Assembly: GCA_963771515.1 (NCBI GenBank)
Contig: CAVYTG010000001.1
Coordinates: forward strand, 697,357-761,356
DNA from: an uncultured Gammaproteobacteria bacterium
Lineage (GTDB): Bacteria > Pseudomonadota > Gammaproteobacteria > CAVYTG01
Length of the DNA stretch: 64,000 nt
Reading direction: 5' to 3'
Part shown: positions 20,188-29,441 of the stretch, one piece after another
How positions within the stretch are numbered: the first letter of the stretch is position 1
How the letters are laid out: each line of letters begins with the position of its first letter
The notes under the pieces: generated by a model
Told to the model about the DNA's origin: nothing
Databases searched by the model: none
What the model saw: the letters and a program-made list of their open reading frames with translations, nothing else
Program-made: the position numbers and the translations under genes

Positions 20188-20742
20188 ATGAAAAATAAAG
20201 AAATCATCACCCTAAGTCGAAACATAAAAGCCCGTCTCATCCCTTCTGGAGCACTCGTTGAATTACCCGAAGGTACAGAAGTTTCTATTACTCAGGATTT
20301 AGGCGGAGATTATACAGTCAATGTATATGGAAACCTGGCAACCATTGACGGAAAAGATGCAGATGCACTTGGAAAAACACCCATAGATACCCTCACAGGA
20401 ATAGACTTGGAAAACACCCCGATTGACGAAATTGTTTGGGGACAATTAAAAACCTGTTACGATCCTGAAATTCCCGTAAACATCGTGGATTTAGGTCTGA
20501 TTTATGACTGCCAAATACAACCTGAAGATCTAGACGCCAGCCAGCCGCCCTATCACATTACCATTCAAATGACACTCACCGCCCCCGGTTGTGGCATGGG
20601 TCCTACTCTGATTACAAACATTAAACATAAGCTACTGAATATTCCCACCGTTAATATTGTAGACATAGAGATGGTATTTGATCCACCTTGGACACAGGAT
20701 AAAATGTCTGATGCCGCAAAATTACAGTTAGGATTATTATAA
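20188..20742 (+). CDS. SufT-like DUF59 (MIP18) Fe-S assembly protein with an N-terminal extension
   Basis: The C-terminal roughly 100 aa (EIVWGQLKTCYDPEIPVNIVDLGLIY...TAPGCGMG) is a DUF59 domain. Confidence 0.65.
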   Translation: MKNKEIITLSRNIKARLIPSGALVELPEGTEVSITQDLGGDYTVNVYGNLATIDGKDADALGKTPIDTLTGIDLENTPIDEIVWGQLKTCYDPEIPVNIVDLGLIYDCQIQPEDLDASQPPYHITIQMTLTAPGCGMGPTLITNIKHKLLNIPTVNIVDIEMVFDPPWTQDKMSDAAKLQLGLL

Positions 20743-20746
20743 GTTT

Positions 20747-20767
20747 TTTAAGTTTTTCTTAAGATAA
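20747..20767 (+). promoter_or_regulatory. PmrA-box-like tandem TTAA repeat
   Basis: tTTAAgtttttcTTAAgat has an 11-bp start-to-start spacing, matching cTTAATatT-N2-cTTAATatT. The -10-like TAAAAT follows. Confidence 0.45.
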
Positions 20768-20840
20768 AATCTGAATACTAGAGTGTGTTTACATTTCATT
20801 GTTGAAACGCCTTAATAATTACCTTTCTCAGGAAAAAACC

Positions 20841-21986
20841 ATGCAACTTTTTGTAGAAGAGCTAGAATGCATTAAAGCTAAAAAAGAACTAAAACTAAAA
20901 GCACCAAGCCTTTTAGAGGCTTTCCCCGCCTTCCTGAATGATCTAAAAAACGAAAAAGTTTTTCCAACAACAGCAAATCAAGTTATGGAAATTAAACAGT
21001 CCACCCCTGAAGGAGATTGGTTGTATGAAAAAGATGAGTTAGGCAATGACATAACAGATGCATCGGGGCGTAAAGTCATTGCAACTGAAAAAGTAATCAT
21101 CCCTGGACCAGTCATACATCCTTTTCTTGAAAAGCTTGATGCTTATTTAGAGCTCTTAAGAACAGCCTATCCAGAAGAAGGTCGTGATATCAATAAAATG
21201 CCTGAACTTAGAGAAAAACTTATTTTTAAGCTACAAACAATTCTAGATCCCCTACCAGCTGATCATCCGCTCATTGAAGCATTTCATGATTATAGTACGC
21301 ATCTGCTTCAATACTTAAATAAAATGGAAGAAAAAGGTCTGAATCCTAAAATAGATTGTAAAATTGCTGGAAACTTCTCAACCTTTTTTATGGTTGCCTT
21401 AGGCATCGCAATTGATAAAAAAGCAAAATTGGATGAAATTCTAAAAGACGCACAAACGTACAAAGCTAAAATCGCAGATCAATTTTCTGAAAAGGAAAAA
21501 GCGCAACTTCAAGCCCTTTTCCAGGCAGACTATAATCCACTATCAAATAAACCAGAAACCATAAATAGTATTCCTCAACTATTTGATCACTGGATTAATC
21601 AACATAAAGATCCTGTTAACAATCATTTTATCAGTATGGCATTAAGTTCAGATGTACAATCTCATATCCACACCGCGTTTAAAAAATATAAAATAGCGGA
21701 TGCTTTTGAGAAAGCTGCTCAAAAGAATACTGAGCAAGAACGGATCTTTGCCTTTAAAGAATCACTTACATTAGGGAAAGGCACAATGGATACATTCCTA
21801 ACCAGGATTGCAGCCAAAATTAACCATTTATTGTATAAACTAGGTATTAAGTCTTTGGACAAGCCTCAAAGTTATGATCTTTATAAAAGTGCTAAAACTT
21901 TTACACAGAAATTTATTGAATTAGATGAAAAAAAGACAAAAGAGGTAGAAGAAAATCATATTTCATTAGGGCCTGTCATCCATTAA
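20841..21986 (+). CDS. hypothetical soluble protein (381 aa); Dot/Icm effector candidate
   Basis: The track start at 20799 is TTG. ATG 20841 has an AGGA ribosome-binding site upstream. I see no family match. The C-terminus has a Glu-rich block (KEVEENHISLGPVIH). Confidence 0.65.
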   Translation: MQLFVEELECIKAKKELKLKAPSLLEAFPAFLNDLKNEKVFPTTANQVMEIKQSTPEGDWLYEKDELGNDITDASGRKVIATEKVIIPGPVIHPFLEKLDAYLELLRTAYPEEGRDINKMPELREKLIFKLQTILDPLPADHPLIEAFHDYSTHLLQYLNKMEEKGLNPKIDCKIAGNFSTFFMVALGIAIDKKAKLDEILKDAQTYKAKIADQFSEKEKAQLQALFQADYNPLSNKPETINSIPQLFDHWINQHKDPVNNHFISMALSSDVQSHIHTAFKKYKIADAFEKAAQKNTEQERIFAFKESLTLGKGTMDTFLTRIAAKINHLLYKLGIKSLDKPQSYDLYKSAKTFTQKFIELDEKKTKEVEENHISLGPVIH

Positions 21987-22020
21987 TTTTTGTAAGGTGT
22001 GTCTTCAAATATAACAACTG

Positions 22021-22061
22021 CTCCCGTCATTGCGAGGAGCATAGCGACGCGGCAATCCAGC
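22021..22061. repeat. palindromic repeat half-copy (CCGTCATTGCGAGGAGCATAGCGACGCGGCAATCCAGC)
   Basis: It matches the family core. A MITE-terminus-like fragment (GGTGTGTCTTCAAAT) lies just upstream. Confidence 0.5.
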
Positions 22062-22081
22062 AAAAGAACCTTTATGTTTTT

Positions 22082-23269
22082 CTAATCCAGGGTCCTCCTA
22101 AACCGGGTTACCCCTATAAAAATAGTCGCCAGAATAAATAAAAAGATAGGCCATAAGGAAGGCCAAATTTCTATCAATCCATTGCCCTTCAATAAAATAC
22201 CTCTATCAATCCTTAAAAAATGTGTTAGGGGTAAACATTCTCCAATAGCTTGAGCCCAGGCTGGCATGCCACGGAAAGGAAAAATAAATCCTGACAATAA
22301 TATAGAGGGTAAAAAGAAAAACAAACCCATCTGAACCGCCTGTAGCTGGTTAGCAGCAATGGTTGAAAGCATAAGTCCTACTGATAAATTAGCAGCAATG
22401 AATGGGAGTACCGCAACTAGTAATAATAAAACACTGCCATGAATGGGCACATTAAATAATCCTTTTGCTAATACAATCACCAGCAGCATCTGAATATAGC
22501 CTACGATGATAAAGGGCAAAATTTTTCCAATAATAATTTCAAGCGGCTGTATGGGGGTGGCCAATAAATTTTCAATCGTACCCCGCTCACGTTCACGTAC
22601 CAATGCCATAGAAGTAATCATAACCAACGTCATCATTAAAATAACACCAATTAAACCTGGAACAATATTGTATTGTGTATTTTTCGTAGGGTTATACATT
22701 GCATGGACTATTAAATCAAAAGGACCAGGCGGTTTTAAGCCTGGTTGCAACCTAACAGGTGGATTGTTTGGTTCTGAGCGCAGAGTTGAAAATCGGGCTA
22801 ATGGCCCCACCAAGTTCCAGTCTAAAACCGTTTGACTTAGAACACGCGCTGCCCCTATAGCAATGTCAGTGGTTGCAGGATCAGTGGCATCAACCTGAAG
22901 CAAGATACGTGGCCGCTCTCCCCTAATCAGTTTTCTAGAAAAACCAGGCGGAATATTTAGGACAAACTGCGCTTTACCTTTTTTTAAATACTCCTGCGCT
23001 TCCTCTTCTGAAGATAAGGTTTTTTGAATATCAAAATATTGACTATTTCTCATTCCAGCAATAATACTGCGTGTAAATGAACTATAATCACTTGTTACCA
23101 CAACTGTGGGCAAATGTTTTGGGTCCATGTTAATGGCATAACCAAACAAAATCAGCTGTATCAAAGGAATACCAATAATTATGGAAAAAGTTGCCCGATC
23201 ACGTCTCATCTGGACAAATTCTTTGGTCACCATTGCCCACAATCGATTCCATGAAAATCGTTTTTTCAT
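22082..23269 (-). CDS. ABC-2 type exporter permease
   Basis: It has 6 TM helices and an ABC-2 membrane domain. Its ATGA overlaps the ATPase gene. Confidence 0.85.
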   Translation of the reverse strand: MKKRFSWNRLWAMVTKEFVQMRRDRATFSIIIGIPLIQLILFGYAINMDPKHLPTVVVTSDYSSFTRSIIAGMRNSQYFDIQKTLSSEEEAQEYLKKGKAQFVLNIPPGFSRKLIRGERPRILLQVDATDPATTDIAIGAARVLSQTVLDWNLVGPLARFSTLRSEPNNPPVRLQPGLKPPGPFDLIVHAMYNPTKNTQYNIVPGLIGVILMMTLVMITSMALVRERERGTIENLLATPIQPLEIIIGKILPFIIVGYIQMLLVIVLAKGLFNVPIHGSVLLLLVAVLPFIAANLSVGLMLSTIAANQLQAVQMGLFFFLPSILLSGFIFPFRGMPAWAQAIGECLPLTHFLRIDRGILLKGNGLIEIWPSLWPIFLFILATIFIGVTRFRRTLD

Positions 23270-24186
23270 AAGCATTTTCCACCTGCGCCCAAGCTGATAA
23301 ATGCATCTTCCAGACCAGGTTCAATTTGCCTGCACTGATATTGCTTGTTGGTTATCCAGGGTGTTAAAGCAGCAAGTAACGCCTCTTCATTCTGTCCGCT
23401 GATATGTAGTGCATTTCCAAAAGCGGCTATTTGTTCTATGCCTGGTTTTTTTTCAAGCTGTTGCGATATATACCCTAAATCAGGTCCAGAAATCAGCCAG
23501 GTTTTCAGTCCAGCATGTTTAATGATCTCCTGCATCGTACCCGTTATCAGTAAATTTCCGTCCAGGATATAGGCCAGTCGATGACATCGCTCTGCTTCAT
23601 CCATGTAATGCGTACTCACCAAAACGGTAATCCCTTCATGAGCCAACTGATGGATTTGCTGCCAAAAATCTCGTCTTGCTTTTGGATCCACCCCTGCTGT
23701 TGGCTCATCTAAAAGTAACAGTTTTGGAGTATGCAATAATGCAACTGCCAAAGCCAAACGTTGCTTCCACCCGCCTGAAAGCGTACCTGACAACTGATTT
23801 TGTCGATCCTCCAAGCCTAACTGAGCAATGCATTTCTCTATTTTTTGTTTCCGGTCTGCAATTTGATATAAACTGCCGATGAATTCAATATTTTCTCGGA
23901 TGGTTAAATCGTCATATAACGTAAATTGTTGAGACATATAACCAACATGTAGTTTAATATCATACGATTGTGTCAAGACATCATAGCCAAAACAATGCCC
24001 TTCCCCTGCGTCTGGTGTTAACAAACCACACAGCATGCGTATTGTTGTTGTTTTCCCGCTACCATTCGGGCCCAAAAAGCCAAATATTTCACCACGCTTG
24101 ACATTTAAATCAATACCATTCACAGCAGGCTTCCCATCAAATAACTTTGTCAATCCTTTAACATCAATAACATACTGGTTTTTCAT
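23266..24186 (-). CDS. ABC transporter ATP-binding protein
   Basis: Walker A (GPNGSGKTT), LSGG signature and Walker B (LLLLDEPT) are present. The start is at MKNQYVIDVKGL. Confidence 0.85.
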   Translation of the reverse strand: MKNQYVIDVKGLTKLFDGKPAVNGIDLNVKRGEIFGFLGPNGSGKTTTIRMLCGLLTPDAGEGHCFGYDVLTQSYDIKLHVGYMSQQFTLYDDLTIRENIEFIGSLYQIADRKQKIEKCIAQLGLEDRQNQLSGTLSGGWKQRLALAVALLHTPKLLLLDEPTAGVDPKARRDFWQQIHQLAHEGITVLVSTHYMDEAERCHRLAYILDGNLLITGTMQEIIKHAGLKTWLISGPDLGYISQQLEKKPGIEQIAAFGNALHISGQNEEALLAALTPWITNKQYQCRQIEPGLEDAFISLGAGGKCL

Positions 24187-24190
24187 AACA

Positions 24191-25039
24191 CTAAAATTGA
24201 GTTTCAACAGGCTCTCCAGGATGAAGTGCAAACGTAGGAATCAAAGGTGTCACTTCTACCCGAAAAACCAATTTATGGTTTGTTTGATTACTATAAATAA
24301 CAGGCGGTGTATACTCTGCCACAGGTGATATAAAGGTGATTCTTGCTGGGATAGGATTACTATCCCCTTTATAAATCATTACCTTTTGATTGATCGCCAG
24401 ACGATTCAGCATCAATCCATTGACATAAAAAATGGCATAAATATTTTTTTTTGAAATCAGCGCTAGTATCGGAGTATCAGGGGGCACCAACTCACCAGGC
24501 AAATAAAATGTGTCAAACACTCTCCCATCTTTAACAGATTGAATCTTTTTTTCGCTATAAAACCATTTTGCCCGCTCTAAGACAGCTTCCTGGGCCTGAA
24601 GATTATTTATAGCCCGCTCCTGGTTGGCAACAGCTTGCTTATGGCGCGTTCTAGTTTGATCCACTGTCTGAATATCAATCGCCTCTTTTTTTTCTAATTT
24701 GACTTGTCGATCTAAAGTAATCTTAGCCAGCGCAAGCTCTGCGACTGCAGTTTGTAATTGGTCACGCGCTTGCATAACTTGAAACTTCGCCTGATCTAGC
24801 TGACTTTTCTCTGGTTCAGCTTCCAATATAAATAAAAGTTGATCCTTTTTAACGGTATCTCCACGACTTACCAATAGCTTCTGTATACGCCCGCTCACAT
24901 TACTTGAAACATAGGTATAACGTACATCTATATAACCTTGAGCACGGTAGCTTTTGGGCGGACAACTAACCAAAAGCAAAGATAAAAAAACAATAAGCGA
25001 AAATTTTAAGCGAAAAGAAAGAGAGGAAAATCTTCGCAT
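24191..25039 (-). CDS. HlyD-family periplasmic adaptor (membrane-fusion) protein
   Basis: It has a signal peptide/anchor, a coiled coil and a beta-barrel domain. It is the first gene of a three-gene exporter operon. Confidence 0.8.
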   Translation of the reverse strand: MRRFSSLSFRLKFSLIVFLSLLLVSCPPKSYRAQGYIDVRYTYVSSNVSGRIQKLLVSRGDTVKKDQLLFILEAEPEKSQLDQAKFQVMQARDQLQTAVAELALAKITLDRQVKLEKKEAIDIQTVDQTRTRHKQAVANQERAINNLQAQEAVLERAKWFYSEKKIQSVKDGRVFDTFYLPGELVPPDTPILALISKKNIYAIFYVNGLMLNRLAINQKVMIYKGDSNPIPARITFISPVAEYTPPVIYSNQTNHKLVFRVEVTPLIPTFALHPGEPVETQF

Positions 25040-25124
25040 GAAAAAAATATCTCCTTATTTGGGTTGATCCAATCGAAACATCAGTTTATCATTCATTTCT
25101 CAATAGATAATATTCTTTTTAAAT

Positions 25125-25219
25125 GGAGAGATGGCCGAGCGGCTGAAGGCGGCGGTTTGCTAAACCGTTATACGGTTCGAAAGTCCGTATCGAGGGTTCG
25201 AATCCCTCTCTCTCCGCCA
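25125..25219 (+). tRNA. tRNA-Ser (anticodon GCU)
   Basis: The cloverleaf folds by hand: acceptor GGAGAGA/TCTCTCC, anticodon stem GCGGT/ACCGT with loop TTGCTAA, a long variable arm, TpsiC GAGGG-TTCGAAT-CCCTC, and a 3' CCA. Confidence 0.92.
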
Positions 25220-25323
25220 GTTTTTAAATCTCGAAGGATTCATGTTACCCCCTTCATTCAGTAAAATTAAATTATAGGCAGCGACACACCCCTTTTCAAA
25301 AAAAGGAGTGATACAACCGATAA

Positions 25324-26472
25324 TCAATTTTGTGGAACCCGATAGAGACTAATGGAGGATAAATTCAAAAATCGTTTGCCGGTTACCTGCATAGGCCGCT
25401 CAATGACATGATGGATGATCCAGGCCAAACCAATAGCTGCAAACGTAACGATAATTAAAGAAAATCCAACCCCTACCCCTTTATCTAATAAAATGCGTAA
25501 AGCCATAAACCCTGCAATATTATGAACAACATACAGCGGATAACTGATATCTGCTAAAAAATCGAATATCTTATTGCCTTTGAAAAAATGAGGGTAAATA
25601 AATGCAAGGGTAAACGTAATGAGCGCAAACGCATAGCTCCAAACGACCATAAATTCAGCCTGACGCGGGCCAATATATCGAAGAAAAACAAAAAACATAA
25701 ACAAGGTAATGATCGATATGATTGCTTTTGTTTTCTTAAGTAAACCTTGATGTAAATAATGAAATACAACCCCAATAAACATAAAAATTACATAAGGAGA
25801 AAAAACTAAAAAAGCAGCTGCTTTCGCGTAATAAACAGAATAATGCGTCGTCAAATAGGCAGACTGACTGCTCAACCCTACAGATACTAAAAATAATAAA
25901 ATTGGAATGAAAAACACATTGAGCGAGCCTCGTTGAAACCAAAAAATGATGAACATACAAATCACATAAAACTGCACTTCAATCTCAAGTGTCCAAACAA
26001 TGCCATCAATACTTCGCGAACCAAGAATTCCTCTCAAGCCTGGCAGATAATGAACCAACACTTCTTTTAACGTAAAAGGCCAATCCAAAGAAAAATATTT
26101 CCCGCCCAGCCAAATGGCTAATAAGGAAATGCTAAATCCAACGAAATAAGTGGGTAGAATTCTAAATAGTCGATTGACTGCAAAACCTATCCAGGTTGTT
26201 CTGGTGAGAGAAAAGGGAATGACAAAACCACTGATGAGAAAAAATAATGCTACACCATAAGCCCCCCAGTTGAACCAAGGAAAAGCATGAATCCATGTGA
26301 AATACTGAGAAGTGGTATCATTTTCTATCGACAAGACAGGCGTATGTGTCAATGCGGCTGCTGTATCACTCGCCAACCAAAAGACACCATAATAATGGGC
26401 TATTACCACAGCAAGCGCAGCAAACCCTCGTAAGGTATTGGCAAAAGCAATTCTTTCTTGTTTATTCTGCAT
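25324..26472 (-). CDS. integral-membrane acyltransferase family 3 (OafA/YrhL-like)
   Basis: It is 382 aa with about 10 TM helices and acyltransferase_3 motifs. Confidence 0.8.
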   Translation of the reverse strand: MQNKQERIAFANTLRGFAALAVVIAHYYGVFWLASDTAAALTHTPVLSIENDTTSQYFTWIHAFPWFNWGAYGVALFFLISGFVIPFSLTRTTWIGFAVNRLFRILPTYFVGFSISLLAIWLGGKYFSLDWPFTLKEVLVHYLPGLRGILGSRSIDGIVWTLEIEVQFYVICMFIIFWFQRGSLNVFFIPILLFLVSVGLSSQSAYLTTHYSVYYAKAAAFLVFSPYVIFMFIGVVFHYLHQGLLKKTKAIISIITLFMFFVFLRYIGPRQAEFMVVWSYAFALITFTLAFIYPHFFKGNKIFDFLADISYPLYVVHNIAGFMALRILLDKGVGVGFSLIIVTFAAIGLAWIIHHVIERPMQVTGKRFLNLSSISLYRVPQN

Positions 26473-26539
26473 AGTAACAAGGTATCTTAATAACTCATTC
26501 GATCATCATCGGTGAAAGGAAACACCTTGCGATGCCAAC

Positions 26540-27208
26540 TTACCGCGCCAATAAAACCTGTAAGCGCTCTCCCACATTCTGAGCTACATCCGCTAACTCA
26601 CCGACCCATTGAATCACCTTGTATAAGAACATCACATCCACGGGCTGCAAATCTGTTTCTAATTCAAATAACCTCCTCCGCACTCGGATTTGCAACTCAT
26701 CGCTTTGATGTTCAATTTCATCCAACTCATGAATCATATGTTCGACAAAGGAAGCTTCTGTCCCACGGAATCCGCTCTCCAAAAGCTTATCAAGCTCATG
26801 GATCGCATTATTGGCCTGGCTTGTAGCAGCCAATGCACAAATCAAATACTCTCGAAACTGTAATGCAAGCGCTTCGGGAATTAGGATTCGTCTACCATAA
26901 ACAATCCCCGCAATATCTTTAGATTTATTCGCAATCCGATCTTGTTCTATCAATAACTCCAACAAATCTGTTCGAGAAACTGGCAGGAAAAGGCTGTTCG
27001 GAAGATTCAGGCGGATATCCTTTTTAATCTTATCTGCTCTTCGCTCTAGCTCACTGATTTCATTCTGTAGAATTTCTGCTTCTTGCCAATTTCCTTGCAA
27101 AATAGCATTAAAAAAAGGATCTAAACGCTGAACCGTCTCATTCACTGTTTCCATATGATGTTGCAACGGCCCTAAAGGAGACCGAGCAAATACATCAAAA
27201 ATAGACAT
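26540..27208 (-). CDS. DUF47 / PhoU-like protein (Pit accessory-type)
   Basis: It is a 222-aa helical protein matching the TIGR00153/DUF47 architecture. No pit gene is adjacent. Confidence 0.75.
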   Translation of the reverse strand: MSIFDVFARSPLGPLQHHMETVNETVQRLDPFFNAILQGNWQEAEILQNEISELERRADKIKKDIRLNLPNSLFLPVSRTDLLELLIEQDRIANKSKDIAGIVYGRRILIPEALALQFREYLICALAATSQANNAIHELDKLLESGFRGTEASFVEHMIHELDEIEHQSDELQIRVRRRLFELETDLQPVDVMFLYKVIQWVGELADVAQNVGERLQVLLAR

Positions 27209-27270
27209 AAAAACTCCTTATTTTGCAATGTTTATCCAGAAAGACTCCCAAGCTTATCCTCATATGTTTT

Positions 27271-27306
27271 CTTCCGTCATTGCGAGCAAAGCGCGGCAAT
27301 CCACAC
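27271..27306. repeat. palindromic repeat half-copy
   Basis: CCGTCATTGCGAGCAAAGCGCGGCAATCCACAC. Confidence 0.4.
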
Positions 27307-27386
27307 AAAAGTATGTATGGTTTGGGGTCAGGTTCAGGAAGCTTTAATAAACTTCGATCTGAATTCTGCTTTTAAAGATTGACCCT

Positions 27387-29312
27387 TTATTGTGCCAGCA
27401 CTTCACACGGTTGAAATCGAAAATCTACCTCAAGCTCATCCAACTCAATGCCTAACTGCTTATATACGGTTTTCAGAGGTCTCTGATCATAAGTTTGCTG
27501 CTCAACCTTAATATGTATTTCCTTGAAAAATTCTTGCACTGAGGCACTGATTTCTTCTTCACTACGCAGTCCTTGTTTTTCCCAGGCCCACTGCTTTGCC
27601 CACTGCAAAACAACAGAAACTGAACGCTTCAATAAGGTTTGATCTTCAATGCTCAATTTTCTAAAAAAATAGGACTGATGATTGGAGTTTAGCATGCTTG
27701 ATAAAAATCGGCCGATTTCATCAGGATCCAGGCTTTCTGGGTTGTCAGATTTTTGAAATACTTTAGATAAAGTTTGATCAAACCCGGCTTCTAACTCGGT
27801 GCCCACAGGAAACTTCTGATCTAGTTCAGCCAGTTTTTCTTTTAGGGAAAAATTTACGTCATGATTCTTCAGCAAAAAGGCTTCGCGATTCAGCTGAACT
27901 AAATCCTGCCGAGCAAAGGTTCCAAGCCCAATCACTTCTCGATGTAATGGTTGATTCTCTAAACAACGCTTGCCTGCAGGCGTTTCAAGGCACTGATGAT
28001 AAAGTTCTGGAAATTGTTGCATCCTTATGTATTCCAGACAATCTGCCATAAAACCTTGTGTTCCCCTAAATTCATCACTAAAAGTCTCACAAGCTTCAAG
28101 CACTGAGTTAATATTCATCTCTCTATTTGATACGAGTACTGAATAAATATAACTAAAAAGTGTCTCATCTTTTGCTTGTCGATGATCAAGAGCCTCCAGG
28201 CTTTTCAACACGACCCCAAATAGGGGCGCCCCCGCTTTAAACATTTTCTGAGAAAGGGGCTTAACTGACTTTCCATTTAATTGCCTTGTGATCCCTTTAT
28301 GAGAAAGCCGATCCGAAACCGAAAGTAAAATTTCTGCACTAAACGCTTTAAAATCACCCTGTTCAAAATAATTCCAGCCGTTTGGGGTAGTTTGGTCTCT
28401 TAAAAGAGGCAAGAGTAAAGAAAAATGTTCCATTCTACGAAAGAGACCACACATAAATTGAGCTCTATGTGCTTCCTTAACTGTCAGCGAAATGGCTGAC
28501 AGATAAGAGACCGCCAGTTCGCGCCTAACTGTTTTATCCACATAAGGATATTGCAACGTAAAATCCAATAACCGACCCAGTTGATCCAGATGTTTTTTTG
28601 AGCCCGCTTCCGATGTATTGATACAGGCAGCTACTGCACTTAAAATTAAACGATGTGCTCTTTGCTGATTCCCTGGAATAGCAACTGGGTTTGCTTGAGT
28701 AATCTGACGGTCCAGTCGAACAGAAATCAAATAAGCGCCCAGTATCCGGGGAAGGAGTGATCGGCTATCTTCTCCCAGTGACTCAGAAAAGAACTGTTCC
28801 ATCAAGGCTTGCTCAAACTGCTGTGAATAATGATTATTATTTTTTATTTGGATAAAAAGATTTTCTTCTATGAGCACCCTTAATCTTTCTGCTATCTGTT
28901 CTCGGGTGCGAGGGAACAAGCGATCATCCAATCTATTAAAACACCACTCCATGAGTTTTATTAAACCTATGGAAAACCCTAAACCTACAACTCCAACACT
29001 CAAGAGAAGCAATCCTGTCATGAGCATAAGGAATGAAAGCTCAATTATTGATAATAACGCGAAAGTTAAACCAAAAATTAAAAACTCCATAAAAACAGCT
29101 ATAAAACCCATGGAGAGCAATACAACTAAAGCAGATGAAATTTTAAATACCCAGTTCGACCCTATTAAAAGTGCACGTATCAAGTCATGATATGCGCTTA
29201 AATTCTCATACGCTTCAACTGCTCTCTCAACTTGAGCTTTATAGTCACGCAAATAATCTTGCACTCGCTGTTCATTTAATTCTGCAAGTGGAATTTCATG
29301 CTGCTGTATCAT
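27387..29312 (-). CDS. hypothetical protein (641 aa from the first ATG) with an N-terminal TM hairpin; effector candidate
   Basis: The track start at 29435 is GTG inside the repeat/IS junction. The first ATG is 29312 (MIQQHEIPL). Two long hydrophobic segments lie near the N-terminus. I see no family match. Confidence 0.6.
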   Translation of the reverse strand: MIQQHEIPLAELNEQRVQDYLRDYKAQVERAVEAYENLSAYHDLIRALLIGSNWVFKISSALVVLLSMGFIAVFMEFLIFGLTFALLSIIELSFLMLMTGLLLLSVGVVGLGFSIGLIKLMEWCFNRLDDRLFPRTREQIAERLRVLIEENLFIQIKNNNHYSQQFEQALMEQFFSESLGEDSRSLLPRILGAYLISVRLDRQITQANPVAIPGNQQRAHRLILSAVAACINTSEAGSKKHLDQLGRLLDFTLQYPYVDKTVRRELAVSYLSAISLTVKEAHRAQFMCGLFRRMEHFSLLLPLLRDQTTPNGWNYFEQGDFKAFSAEILLSVSDRLSHKGITRQLNGKSVKPLSQKMFKAGAPLFGVVLKSLEALDHRQAKDETLFSYIYSVLVSNREMNINSVLEACETFSDEFRGTQGFMADCLEYIRMQQFPELYHQCLETPAGKRCLENQPLHREVIGLGTFARQDLVQLNREAFLLKNHDVNFSLKEKLAELDQKFPVGTELEAGFDQTLSKVFQKSDNPESLDPDEIGRFLSSMLNSNHQSYFFRKLSIEDQTLLKRSVSVVLQWAKQWAWEKQGLRSEEEISASVQEFFKEIHIKVEQQTYDQRPLKTVYKQLGIELDELEVDFRFQPCEVLAQ

Positions 29313-29441
29313 ATTTCTCTCCAGGACCGCTGCTTTACATAGGTATAATAGCAGATTTGGTTTATTTTTATAAATCTTTATTTGAATGATGTATAGAACA
29401 GCATTCAGGTCATAGTCATTTTCGCTTTTATTCACCCGTCA

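Noticed and set aside
25064-25264. 66-aa ORF on the plus strand
   Set aside because: It overlaps the tRNA-Ser(GCU) gene (25125..25219), which folds into a canonical cloverleaf.
25220-25323. Integrated island or prophage at tRNA-Ser
   Set aside because: There is no integrase, no direct repeat of the tRNA 3' end, and no phage genes on either side.
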